From positions 36,484 through 100,483 of the forward strand of contig DAHUXZ010000003.1 of NCBI GenBank assembly GCA_027315455.1: DNA of 64,000 bases. The letters run 5' to 3'. Positions within the stretch are counted from its first letter, which is position 1. Every line of letters starts with the position of its first letter. A program made the position numbers and the translations under genes. The DNA is from Thermoplasmata archaeon. Its GTDB lineage: Archaea; Thermoplasmatota; Thermoplasmata; Lutacidiplasmatales; UBA184. This document shows positions 52,886 to 60,357 of the stretch, in pieces. The notes under the pieces were generated by a model. It was not told the origin of the DNA, did not search any database, and saw only the letters and a program-made list of their open reading frames with translations.

Positions 52886-53662
52886 ATGCAGTCCACCGCA
52901 CCGCGCTGGGTCGACGAGACCGGCGTGCCACTGCTGGAGCCGGGCGGGGTCCTCCTCTCCTGCTTCCCGAGCGCCGGGCTCGCCGCCACCGTGGCCGCAC
53001 ACTACATCGTCCAGGCGCTCGGCCTGCCGCGCATCGGCCTGTTCGAGCTCCCCGACACCCCGCCGGTCGCCATCATCCAGTCCGGAAAGGTCCATCCGCC
53101 CGTCCGCGTCTACGGCCGGAAGGACCTCGCCGTCATCGTCTCGGAATTCCCCCCGCCGCTCGCGTCGGTCGGGTCGCTGTCCCGGGCGATCCTCGACGGG
53201 GCCGAGAGCCGTCGCGTGCGGCTCGTGCTCGCCCTCGAGGGCGTCGTCCCGCAGCCCCTCGGCACCGAGGAGGAGGCGGCGGAGGAGAGCGTCTGGGCGG
53301 TCCTTGCGCGCAGCGATCCCGCGCTCATGCGCACCTTCCAGGCGGCCGGGACCCGGGCGCTCGAGGACGGCGTGATCGGCGGACTCTCCGGCTCGCTCTT
53401 GGTCGCGGGGATACGGCGCACGGTGCCGGTCGCGGTGACCTTGGTGAGCGCGCGGGCGACCGAGGGCTACCCCGACCACCGGGCCGCCGCGGCGCTCATC
53501 GAGGCGCTCGACCGCATCCTTCCCGAGCTCGCGATCGACACGGGGCCGCTTCGCAGCCAGGCCGAGGCGATCGAGAAGGCGTTGCGCGAGGCGATGCGGC
53601 GCCGTCCGAAGTCCGCGGAGCCGGAATCCTCCACGGAGCCCGAGCCGACGATGTACCAGTAG
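52886..53662 (+). CDS. PAC2-family proteasome assembly chaperone with a C-terminal HbYX-like motif (MYQ)
   Basis: LLSCFPSAGLAATVAAHYIV..., GVIGGLSGSLL, and terminal ...EPTMYQ. Confidence 0.75.
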   Translation: MQSTAPRWVDETGVPLLEPGGVLLSCFPSAGLAATVAAHYIVQALGLPRIGLFELPDTPPVAIIQSGKVHPPVRVYGRKDLAVIVSEFPPPLASVGSLSRAILDGAESRRVRLVLALEGVVPQPLGTEEEAAEESVWAVLARSDPALMRTFQAAGTRALEDGVIGGLSGSLLVAGIRRTVPVAVTLVSARATEGYPDHRAAAALIEALDRILPELAIDTGPLRSQAEAIEKALREAMRRRPKSAEPESSTEPEPTMYQ

Positions 53663-53687
53663 TACGCTCGGGGCCGCGCGGGCCGGG

Positions 53688-53852
53688 TCAGAACGACTCG
53701 GTGTAGCTGAGGAGGTAGAAGCTCCCCACGACCATCACGACCAGGAGGCCGAGGATCGCGAGCGGGTTCGCGGCGAACTGCCAGATCGTCACTCCGATGA
53801 GCCCCGCGGGAAGGGCCAGGGTGAGGAGGGCGGTAAGGGCGCGGCCGTCCAT
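53688..53852 (-). CDS. Tiny 2-TM membrane protein (54 aa; below the ORF-track cutoff)
   Basis: Translates to MDGRALTALLTLALPAGLIGVTIWQFAANPLAILGLLVVMVVGSFYLLSYTESF. Good GC3 bias. Lies 63 nt downstream of the FtsZ-like gene on the same strand. Confidence 0.4.
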   Translation of the reverse strand: MDGRALTALLTLALPAGLIGVTIWQFAANPLAILGLLVVMVVGSFYLLSYTESF

Positions 53853-53915
53853 CGGCCGGTGGGGAGGGCGCCCCCCTCTTAACGGTTCGTCCCGCCGAGC
53901 GTAGGGTCCGCTCCG

Positions 53916-54839
53916 CTAGCCCACCGGTGGGCCGGGGAACGGAAGCTCCACCTCGAACGTGACCTCCGCCTCTCCCGCCGGCCCCGGCCCGAAGCTCGGG
54001 GCGATCGGGGGGGCGCCCGGTCCGTCGATCGGGTCGAGGCGGGATGGCGCGGGCGCGGTCGGCCGGGCGATCACCTCGAGCTCGGCCGCGGGGGTCACCG
54101 GTCGACCGGTGCCGAGAGAGGTCTCCGCGGGGGCGATGAACGCGCGCTCGATGTGGCCCGCGATCTCGCTTCCCCAGTGGGCGTTGAGGCGGTTGAACGG
54201 GATCGAGGGTCGCTGGTGGACGAGGGTCTCGTTGTCGAGGACGGTCAGCGTGGCGACCCCGCGCTGGCGCTTCTCGACGAACGACTCGACGAAGTGGAGG
54301 CGTCCCAGGGCCCGCTCGGCGACGGCCCGCCGCTCCCCCTCGCACGCGAACGGCTTGAGTACGAAGACGCTCAGTACCTCCGCGCCGCGCGCCGCGGCGT
54401 CCAGGACCGTCGGGAGCGCCCCGGTGCCGCTGCCGCCTCCGAGGCTGCCGATGATCGTGACGAACGTCGCGCCGTCGAAGATTCGCTCGAGGGCCGGGGC
54501 CGCCGCCTGGGCGAGGCTCGCTCCGAACGGCACGCTGCCGCCGGTGTCGGCCGTCCGCCCGCTCTCGGGGCCGAGGTAGATACGCCGGTCGAACTCCTCC
54601 ACGTCCTGGACGTGCGGGTCGCAGTTGATCGCTACGGTCTCGAGGTAGCGCAGGTGGTGGCGGGCAATCTCCCGCCCGACGCGCACCGCGCCGCCCCCGA
54701 CGCAGACCAGGAGGAACCTCAGGTCATGGCCGAGACGGAGGTTCTCGTAGAACCCGTCCTCGTAGATCTCGTCCCCCCGACTGCTCGGAGGTCGGTCGAA
54801 CTCTGGTCCCCTCGGCTCGCTCTCGTACGTGGCCACCAC
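53916..54839 (-). CDS. FtsZ/tubulin-superfamily GTPase-domain protein lacking the T7 loop and C-terminal domain; Pro-rich tail
   Basis: LLVCVGGGAVRVGREI (G1), AINCD, the tubulin signature IIGSLGGGSGTGALP, VLKPFACEGERR, TLTVLDNETL. After the helix H7 equivalent there is no NxDxxD, only a Pro/Ala-rich sequence. Confidence 0.8.
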   Translation of the reverse strand: MVATYESEPRGPEFDRPPSSRGDEIYEDGFYENLRLGHDLRFLLVCVGGGAVRVGREIARHHLRYLETVAINCDPHVQDVEEFDRRIYLGPESGRTADTGGSVPFGASLAQAAAPALERIFDGATFVTIIGSLGGGSGTGALPTVLDAAARGAEVLSVFVLKPFACEGERRAVAERALGRLHFVESFVEKRQRGVATLTVLDNETLVHQRPSIPFNRLNAHWGSEIAGHIERAFIAPAETSLGTGRPVTPAAELEVIARPTAPAPSRLDPIDGPGAPPIAPSFGPGPAGEAEVTFEVELPFPGPPVG

Positions 54840-54873
54840 CCGCTTCCCCCGTCGCTCGACGTGCCCCCGGCCG

Positions 54874-55377
54874 CTAGCGGCCGACGACCCCCTGCCGTTC
54901 CAGGTCCCGTCCGCTCGCCTCGAGACCCCGCAGCCGCGCGCGCTGGGCCGTGGCCTCGTGGACCGAGGCGCGCGACCGCGCGACGAGCTCGGAGACCTTC
55001 AGCTCTAGCTCCCCGCGCCGGAGCACCTCGGCGAGGACGTCCGCGAGCGCGCGGCCGTTCCCGACGAGATCGGCGTAGGTCGCATAGGCTTCGGCCTCCT
55101 CCGGCCGCAGCCGGATGGGCACCTCGACGAACCCGGGCGGGAGCGCCGCCGCGGGGGTCGGGACGGCCGACAGGGCCCGCGCCCGGAGGAACTCGTGGAG
55201 CGCTGCCCGCATCAGCTCGGACCGGCTCCGGAACTCGCCGTTGGCAACGAACGAGTCCAGGAGCCCGAGCTCCTTGCGGTTGCACCGCAGCGCGATCCGC
55301 TCATCCTCGGGACCGATCCGACGGTCGGGCGCTGCACCGTAGCGCTCGTCCTTGGACCGGGGCACTTTGTCGAACAC
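54874..55377 (-). CDS. Ribbon-helix-helix (CopG/Arc/MetJ-like) DNA-binding protein with a helical C-terminal extension
   Basis: ERIALRCNRKELGLLDSFVANGEFRSRSELMRAALHEFL fits the beta-alpha-alpha RHH pattern. GTG start. Lies 34 nt upstream of the FtsZ-like gene. Confidence 0.65.
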   Translation of the reverse strand: MFDKVPRSKDERYGAAPDRRIGPEDERIALRCNRKELGLLDSFVANGEFRSRSELMRAALHEFLRARALSAVPTPAAALPPGFVEVPIRLRPEEAEAYATYADLVGNGRALADVLAEVLRRGELELKVSELVARSRASVHEATAQRARLRGLEASGRDLERQGVVGR

Positions 55378-55401
55378 GACTGGGCCGAGCTATGCAAAAT
55401 C

Positions 55402-55413
55402 CTATTACTTAAA
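55402..55413 (-). promoter_or_regulatory. AT-rich TATA-like element (TTTAAGTAATAG on the minus strand) about 25 nt upstream of the RHH GTG
   Basis: Lowest-GC patch in the window (GCTATGCAAAATCCTATTACTTAAACTGATG). Confidence 0.35.
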
Positions 55414-55644
55414 CTGATGCACGGGCTTGCGCCGAAGGAACGAAACCGGTCCCCGGCTCACACTTTCTTGACGTGTCGAACAAATCCGCTAGGGGTCGAA
55501 CCGGTGCGTCGTCGTGGGAAGTCGGGCGTATAACTGGCCCGGAACGGTCTCCGGAGCGACCGCACCCCTCGTGCGCATCTATGCGTGCCACGGTCCGGGC
55601 CGTGCGTCGGCCGGCCGATCCCCGCGTCGTCCCGCGAGAACGTC

Positions 55645-55651
55645 TAAATAG
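55645..55651 (+). promoter_or_regulatory. TAAATAG TATA-like box upstream of the large pilin-like gene
   Basis: CGTCTAAATAGAGG, the same core as at 38949. Confidence 0.4.
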
Positions 55652-55739
55652 AGGCCCCCGCCCTTGTACGCATCAGTGCCCCGTTTCTCGGGGCGCAGGG
55701 GGGCCCATTCTCGCCACCACCGCTCGTCGCTCGTTCTCG

Positions 55740-57890
55740 TTGCACGGCCGCCGCCGCCGGTCGAACTCCCGCGCCGTCTCCGACGTCGTCGCGACGATCC
55801 TGCTGCTCGCGCTGACCGTCACGCTGTTCTCGTCCATCTTCTTCTTCGTCAACACCTTCCCGCGCCCGCAACCGTCCCCGGCGAACCAGTTCTCCGCCAA
55901 GCTCGCCTATGGTTCCGGCGGGACCACGATCACCGGGGTGAGCGTCCTTCACCTCTCCGGCCCCACGGTCGCCGGCAACGCCCTCGTCTACCTCTACTCG
56001 GCCCGGCATCCCAACGCGTTCCCCACTCCGTTCAGCGTCTCGCAGGGGATCGGCGGCGGGTCCGTGTGGAACCTCGGCCAGTCCTGGGTCCTCAACGTCA
56101 CGTCCTACGGCCTCGCGGCCCCGGACAACATCACCATCTCCATCGTCACCAACTCCCTGCTCCTGTTCCGCGTCACGCTCCCCGGGACCAACCCGAACAT
56201 CCCGCCGACGTTCGTGAACGTGGGCGTGCTGCCGGCGACTCCCGGCGTGGGCCAGCCGTTCACGGTCTACGCGGAGATCCTCGACGACGACCTCAACACC
56301 CACTCGGTCTTCGTGAACCTCTCCCAGATCCCCGGGGTCACCGGCACCGGGCGGTTCTCGATGACCTACTCCGCGGCGAACGGCACGTGGAGCTACTACG
56401 TCCGGGCCGGGACGACGACGGGGGCCGGCCGGTTCTTCGCGTTCATCAACGCGACCGACCAGGCGCTGCAGCCGAACTCGATCGCGTTCACGATCCCGAT
56501 CGCCGCGGTCGCGAGCCCGCTCTCGGTCTCGCTCTCCGCCAATCCCGCCGCGCCGATCAACAACTCGGCCGTATCGCTGATCACCTACGTCCAGAACCTC
56601 GCGGCCGGCTCCGCCACGGTGACGGTCCAGTACGTCGTCTCGGGCACCCCGATCGGCAACACGAGCGGCGTGGTGGGTGGGGGCTCGACGGCCGCCTTCA
56701 CCAGGTCCTGGACCCCGACGGCACCGGGCGTCTACCTGATCTCGGTGTTCGCCAACACGAGCGGTACGGGGGCGACCGGCGCCTCGCTCAACCTCACCGT
56801 CTTCCCGTCGATCCTCCTCCTTTCCCACAACGTACCGTCCGGAACGCGGACGGCGTTCAACGGCAGCAGCTTCCTCGCCCAGGAGCTGACGGCCGCGGGG
56901 TTCCCGTTCTCGACGATGTTCGTCTCGTGCACCAGCGCGATCCCGACCTCCATCCGTTCGTACAACGTCGTCATCATCGACTTCGGCAGCAACTGGGGCT
57001 ACTCGAGCTGTCCCAAGGCGCCGAGCACCACGGACCAGGGGACGATCACCGGTAGCACCTCGACGAAGTTCCTCGTCACCGGCTCGAACGCCTTCGGGCT
57101 CACCTCCTGCAGCTCGTACTCGTCGTCCTTCTTCGCCGAGTTCGGCATCACCTGGCAGAGCGGCAGCACCTGCGTGACGGTCCCGAACGCCACGGCCTCC
57201 GCGACCTGGTCGGCCGCGACGGGGGTGGGCCTGCGCTCCGACGGGATCCCCTCCTCGATGACGATCAACGCGACCCTCGCCGGTTCGAACCACCACATTC
57301 CCTACACCTACTTCGCCCTCGGGACGACGAACACGGCGTTCCTCAAGGGAGGGACCCACCCGGTCGGCGCCTATGCCGCGAAGGGTTCGTTCGTCACGGG
57401 GATCGCCCTCGCGACGAGCACGCCGCTGCTCACGACCCCGCTGCCGAGCGGCAACAGCTGGGGGACCGGCACCGCGGGCACGGCCGTCATCTACAACGCC
57501 CTCAATGCCCTCTGCGGGCTCTCGACGAGCACCCAGACCGGCCGCGCCCTGACCGACTTCGCGGTGGCGCAGTCCACCCTCGTCGGGCAGTCGCACAGCC
57601 TCGTCTCGACGGTGTACGTCGGGCTGCGGGCGAACGGCCCGGTCGGCGCACCGGTGACCGCGCTCCTCTACGTCAACGGGACGCCGGCGACGTACAACGG
57701 CGCCTCGGTGAGCGCGACGGCCGAGGTCGGCGCGGGCGGCCAGGTGGCGTTCGTGACCCTCTACTGGCAGGCGCCGGGGGGCGGCGCCTACTCCCTGTCC
57801 GTCGTGATCGTGGTCTCGGGGAGCGACTACTTCAGCCCCAACAACCAGATCGCGATGTCGATCCTCAACCAGCCGACGACCTTCACCTAG
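55740..57890 (+). CDS. Large (~716 aa) extracellular protein with an archaeal type IV pilin-like N-terminus (class III signal peptide, Pilin_N type)
   Basis: (TTG)HGRRRRSNSRAVSDVVATILLLALTVTLFSSIFFFV at the N-terminus, then a Thr/Ser/Gly/Asn-rich beta-type sequence with many N-x-S/T sequons. The start is uncertain (TTG at 55740 preferred; ATG at 55581 or 55473 are possible). Confidence 0.7.
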   Translation: MHGRRRRSNSRAVSDVVATILLLALTVTLFSSIFFFVNTFPRPQPSPANQFSAKLAYGSGGTTITGVSVLHLSGPTVAGNALVYLYSARHPNAFPTPFSVSQGIGGGSVWNLGQSWVLNVTSYGLAAPDNITISIVTNSLLLFRVTLPGTNPNIPPTFVNVGVLPATPGVGQPFTVYAEILDDDLNTHSVFVNLSQIPGVTGTGRFSMTYSAANGTWSYYVRAGTTTGAGRFFAFINATDQALQPNSIAFTIPIAAVASPLSVSLSANPAAPINNSAVSLITYVQNLAAGSATVTVQYVVSGTPIGNTSGVVGGGSTAAFTRSWTPTAPGVYLISVFANTSGTGATGASLNLTVFPSILLLSHNVPSGTRTAFNGSSFLAQELTAAGFPFSTMFVSCTSAIPTSIRSYNVVIIDFGSNWGYSSCPKAPSTTDQGTITGSTSTKFLVTGSNAFGLTSCSSYSSSFFAEFGITWQSGSTCVTVPNATASATWSAATGVGLRSDGIPSSMTINATLAGSNHHIPYTYFALGTTNTAFLKGGTHPVGAYAAKGSFVTGIALATSTPLLTTPLPSGNSWGTGTAGTAVIYNALNALCGLSTSTQTGRALTDFAVAQSTLVGQSHSLVSTVYVGLRANGPVGAPVTALLYVNGTPATYNGASVSATAEVGAGGQVAFVTLYWQAPGGGAYSLSVVIVVSGSDYFSPNNQIAMSILNQPTTFT

Positions 57891-57917
57891 GCCCCGACCG
57901 GCGGCGTCGGTAGGGGC

Positions 57918-58991
57918 TCAGCTCGTGGGCGGGCTGCCGCCCGACGGCAGGGCCGTTCCCGACGACGGGGTCGGCGCCGGAAGGGCGGCGCCGCACTTCC
58001 AGCAACTGGCCTCGCTGGCGTAGACGACGGCCTGGCAGTTGGGGCACGCGCGCTCGTTCGGCCCCGACGGTCCGGTCCGCCCTTCGAGGGAAGGGGCCTC
58101 GGGGGACGGGGCGCCGGCCGGCGGCGGGGTCATGCCGCCGCTGCGGCGCGCCTGGCGGCGCTTGAGGTAGACGTAGACGACGAGCCCGAGGAAGAAGACG
58201 ATCCCCGGGTAGATCATCATGTCGAGGTACACCGGGATGAGGATGATCGAGAGGGTGCTCGCGAAGTCGCCGCTGATGGGGCCCTGCACCCCCGAGTATC
58301 CGCTCGACGCGGCGAGGAAGATCCAGACGATCGAGCCGTTGGCGGCCCCCACGTACGCCGTCGCCATCTGCCACCACCAGACGTTCGGGGCCGGGAGGTG
58401 GACATTGAACGACTTCACCGTGGGCTGGCTGAGGTTCGTGAGCGTCTGGTTGAACGAGTAGAACGGGTAGCCGGCCTGGCAGTACGGCGAGCTATTCCCG
58501 GTCGCCCCGGGACAGGTGCTGACGAACAGGTCGAGCCAGAGCAGGCCGCTCGTATTCGTGGGTAGGTACTGCGGATTGACCGTCACCGAGAAGTTGAACG
58601 GCCCGTTGCCGTCGCTCGCGAACGGGGAGACCTGGGCACCCTCGAGGATCGGTCCCCCCTTCCCGTAGGGGAGGGTCGATGCGGAATCCGCGGCGGCCGA
58701 GGGGACCCGGACGACGGTGGCGACGTACAGGACGGACGTGAGCGGCCCCGCGATGAGGAGGGCCGTGAGGCCGAGGACGGCGAGGAGGCGGGGGCGCTTC
58801 CAGCCGGCGTAGATCGGTACCGCGAGCCCGAACAGGAGGAAGGCGACGATGGCGAGGAACGGGCCGAGGTAGAGGAAGCTCCCGGTCAGGGTGAGGATCG
58901 CGATGGCGACGAGGACGACAAGACCGGCCCGGGTCGCGAAGAATCGCCGGAATCCGGCGAAAAGGCTCTTATCGCCCGCCGACTGACTCAC
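57918..58991 (-). CDS. Polytopic membrane protein with a large extracellular loop and C-terminal zinc ribbon (CPNC...CWKC)
   Basis: TM helices flank a loop carrying N-x-S/T sequons and paired Cys (STCPG...YCQ). Cytoplasmic tail ...ERACPNCQAVVYASEASCWKCGA. GTG at 58991 lies 27 nt downstream of a TATA element. Confidence 0.6.
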   Translation of the reverse strand: MSQSAGDKSLFAGFRRFFATRAGLVVLVAIAILTLTGSFLYLGPFLAIVAFLLFGLAVPIYAGWKRPRLLAVLGLTALLIAGPLTSVLYVATVVRVPSAAADSASTLPYGKGGPILEGAQVSPFASDGNGPFNFSVTVNPQYLPTNTSGLLWLDLFVSTCPGATGNSSPYCQAGYPFYSFNQTLTNLSQPTVKSFNVHLPAPNVWWWQMATAYVGAANGSIVWIFLAASSGYSGVQGPISGDFASTLSIILIPVYLDMMIYPGIVFFLGLVVYVYLKRRQARRSGGMTPPPAGAPSPEAPSLEGRTGPSGPNERACPNCQAVVYASEASCWKCGAALPAPTPSSGTALPSGGSPPTS

Positions 58992-59018
58992 GGCGGAGAG
59001 AGGCGAGCAGGCCACCCC

Positions 59019-59024
59019 ATATAA
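59019..59024 (-). promoter_or_regulatory. TTATAT (minus strand) TATA box about 27 nt upstream of the GTG at 58991
   Basis: CCCCATATAAGCAATC in the spacer between the divergent genes. Confidence 0.4.
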
Positions 59025-59040
59025 GCAATCAGGGGCCCCC

Positions 59041-60357
59041 GTGACCGAAGCACCCCCGCCTCACACCGCGCTCATCGTCTTGGACGGCCTCGGGGACCGG
59101 CCCCACCCCGACACCCACGGGCTGAGCCCCGTCGAGGCCGCCGCTACGCCGAACCTCGACCGCCTCGCCGCGGCCGGCCGCATGGGACAGGTGACCCTGA
59201 TCGGTCCGGGGGTCGCCCCGGAGTCCGATGCCGGGGTTCTGGCGCTCCTCGGCTACGACCCGGTCCGCGACTCGCCGGGGCGGGGGGTCCTCGAGTCGCT
59301 GGGGGTCGGCCTCGACCTCGGCCCCGGGGACGTCGCGCTGCGCCTCAACTTCGCGACCGGCGACGGCCACGGGGCGATCCTCGACTCCCGGGTCGGCCGG
59401 ACGCTCGCCACCGAGGAGGCGAAGGAGCTCGCCCGTTCTCTCACGGAGGCGAATCTTTTGGCTCCCGAGGGGATCGAGGCCGAAATCCGGGCGACGGTCG
59501 GACACCGCGGCGTCCTCTTCCTGCACCCGGTCCGCGGGGGACGGCTCTCTCCCGAGATCTCGAACGCGGACCCGTTCTACGAGCGGGTCGGCGGGATGGG
59601 TCGGGCGCGGGCGGTCTCGGAGGCGCGGATCCTCACGGTCGAGCCGCTCGACCCGACACCGGAGGCGGCCCGGACGGCGGCCGCGGTCAATGCGCTCCTT
59701 TCCCGCGCGGGCGACCTCCTCACGGGCCACCCGGTGAACGCCCGCCGCGCCATGCGGGGCCGGCGGATCGCGAATGCCCTGCTGGTCCGGAACGCGGGGG
59801 CCGCTCCCGCGACCCCCCTTGCGCCGTTGCCGGCCCGGCTCGGACTGAGCGCGGCCGCCGCGATCACCGAGATGCCGGTCGAGCGGGGGATCGCTCGGCT
59901 CCTCGGTCTCGTGGACCTCTACGTCGGTCCGATGGGACCCGACCGCGACGCTTCGCTCACGGAACGGGCGATGATCACACGGCAGGCCCTCGCTCGGTTC
60001 CCCCTCGTCTATGTCCATCTCAAGGGCCCGGACGAGCCGGGGCACGACGGGAAGGCGCTCGCGAAGCAGGAGGTCATCGAGGCGCTTGACCGGGCGTTCT
60101 TCGGGCCGTTCCTCGACGGGCTGGACCTCGCCCGGGTCCGGCTCGCGGTGACGGCGGACCACGCGACCCCCTGCATCGTGCGCGGCCACTCCGACGACCC
60201 CGTCCCGCTGCTCCTCGCCGGGGCCGGGGTCGACCCGGCGGTCCCCCCGGCGGCGAAGTTCGGCGAGGCCGCGGCCGAGCGCGGCCCCCTCGGCCACCTC
60301 ATGGGCGCCGACGTGCTGCCGTTGCTCGTCGGCCGTCGGCCCGGTCCCCCCGCATGA
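59041..60357 (+). CDS. apgM: 2,3-bisphosphoglycerate-independent phosphoglycerate mutase, archaeal type
   Basis: ALIVLDGLGDRP, TPNLDRLA, ESDAGVLALLGYDP, HLKGPDEPGHDG, TADHATP. Confidence 0.9.
   Translation: MTEAPPPHTALIVLDGLGDRPHPDTHGLSPVEAAATPNLDRLAAAGRMGQVTLIGPGVAPESDAGVLALLGYDPVRDSPGRGVLESLGVGLDLGPGDVALRLNFATGDGHGAILDSRVGRTLATEEAKELARSLTEANLLAPEGIEAEIRATVGHRGVLFLHPVRGGRLSPEISNADPFYERVGGMGRARAVSEARILTVEPLDPTPEAARTAAAVNALLSRAGDLLTGHPVNARRAMRGRRIANALLVRNAGAAPATPLAPLPARLGLSAAAAITEMPVERGIARLLGLVDLYVGPMGPDRDASLTERAMITRQALARFPLVYVHLKGPDEPGHDGKALAKQEVIEALDRAFFGPFLDGLDLARVRLAVTADHATPCIVRGHSDDPVPLLLAGAGVDPAVPPAAKFGEAAAERGPLGHLMGADVLPLLVGRRPGPPA

Noticed and set aside
53916-54839. Annotating this gene as the cell-division FtsZ or a CetZ
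   Set aside because: It is only about 200 residues of GTPase domain plus a Pro-rich tail. The T7 loop and the whole C-terminal domain are missing in every frame downstream, where a different small membrane ORF and then the PAC2 gene are found instead.
55389-55480. C/D-box sRNA in the AT-richer spacer (CTGATGC resembles a C box)
   Set aside because: There is no matching D box (CUGA) or C'/D' pair at the expected spacing, and no terminal stem. The AT-rich patch is better explained as the promoter of the RHH gene.
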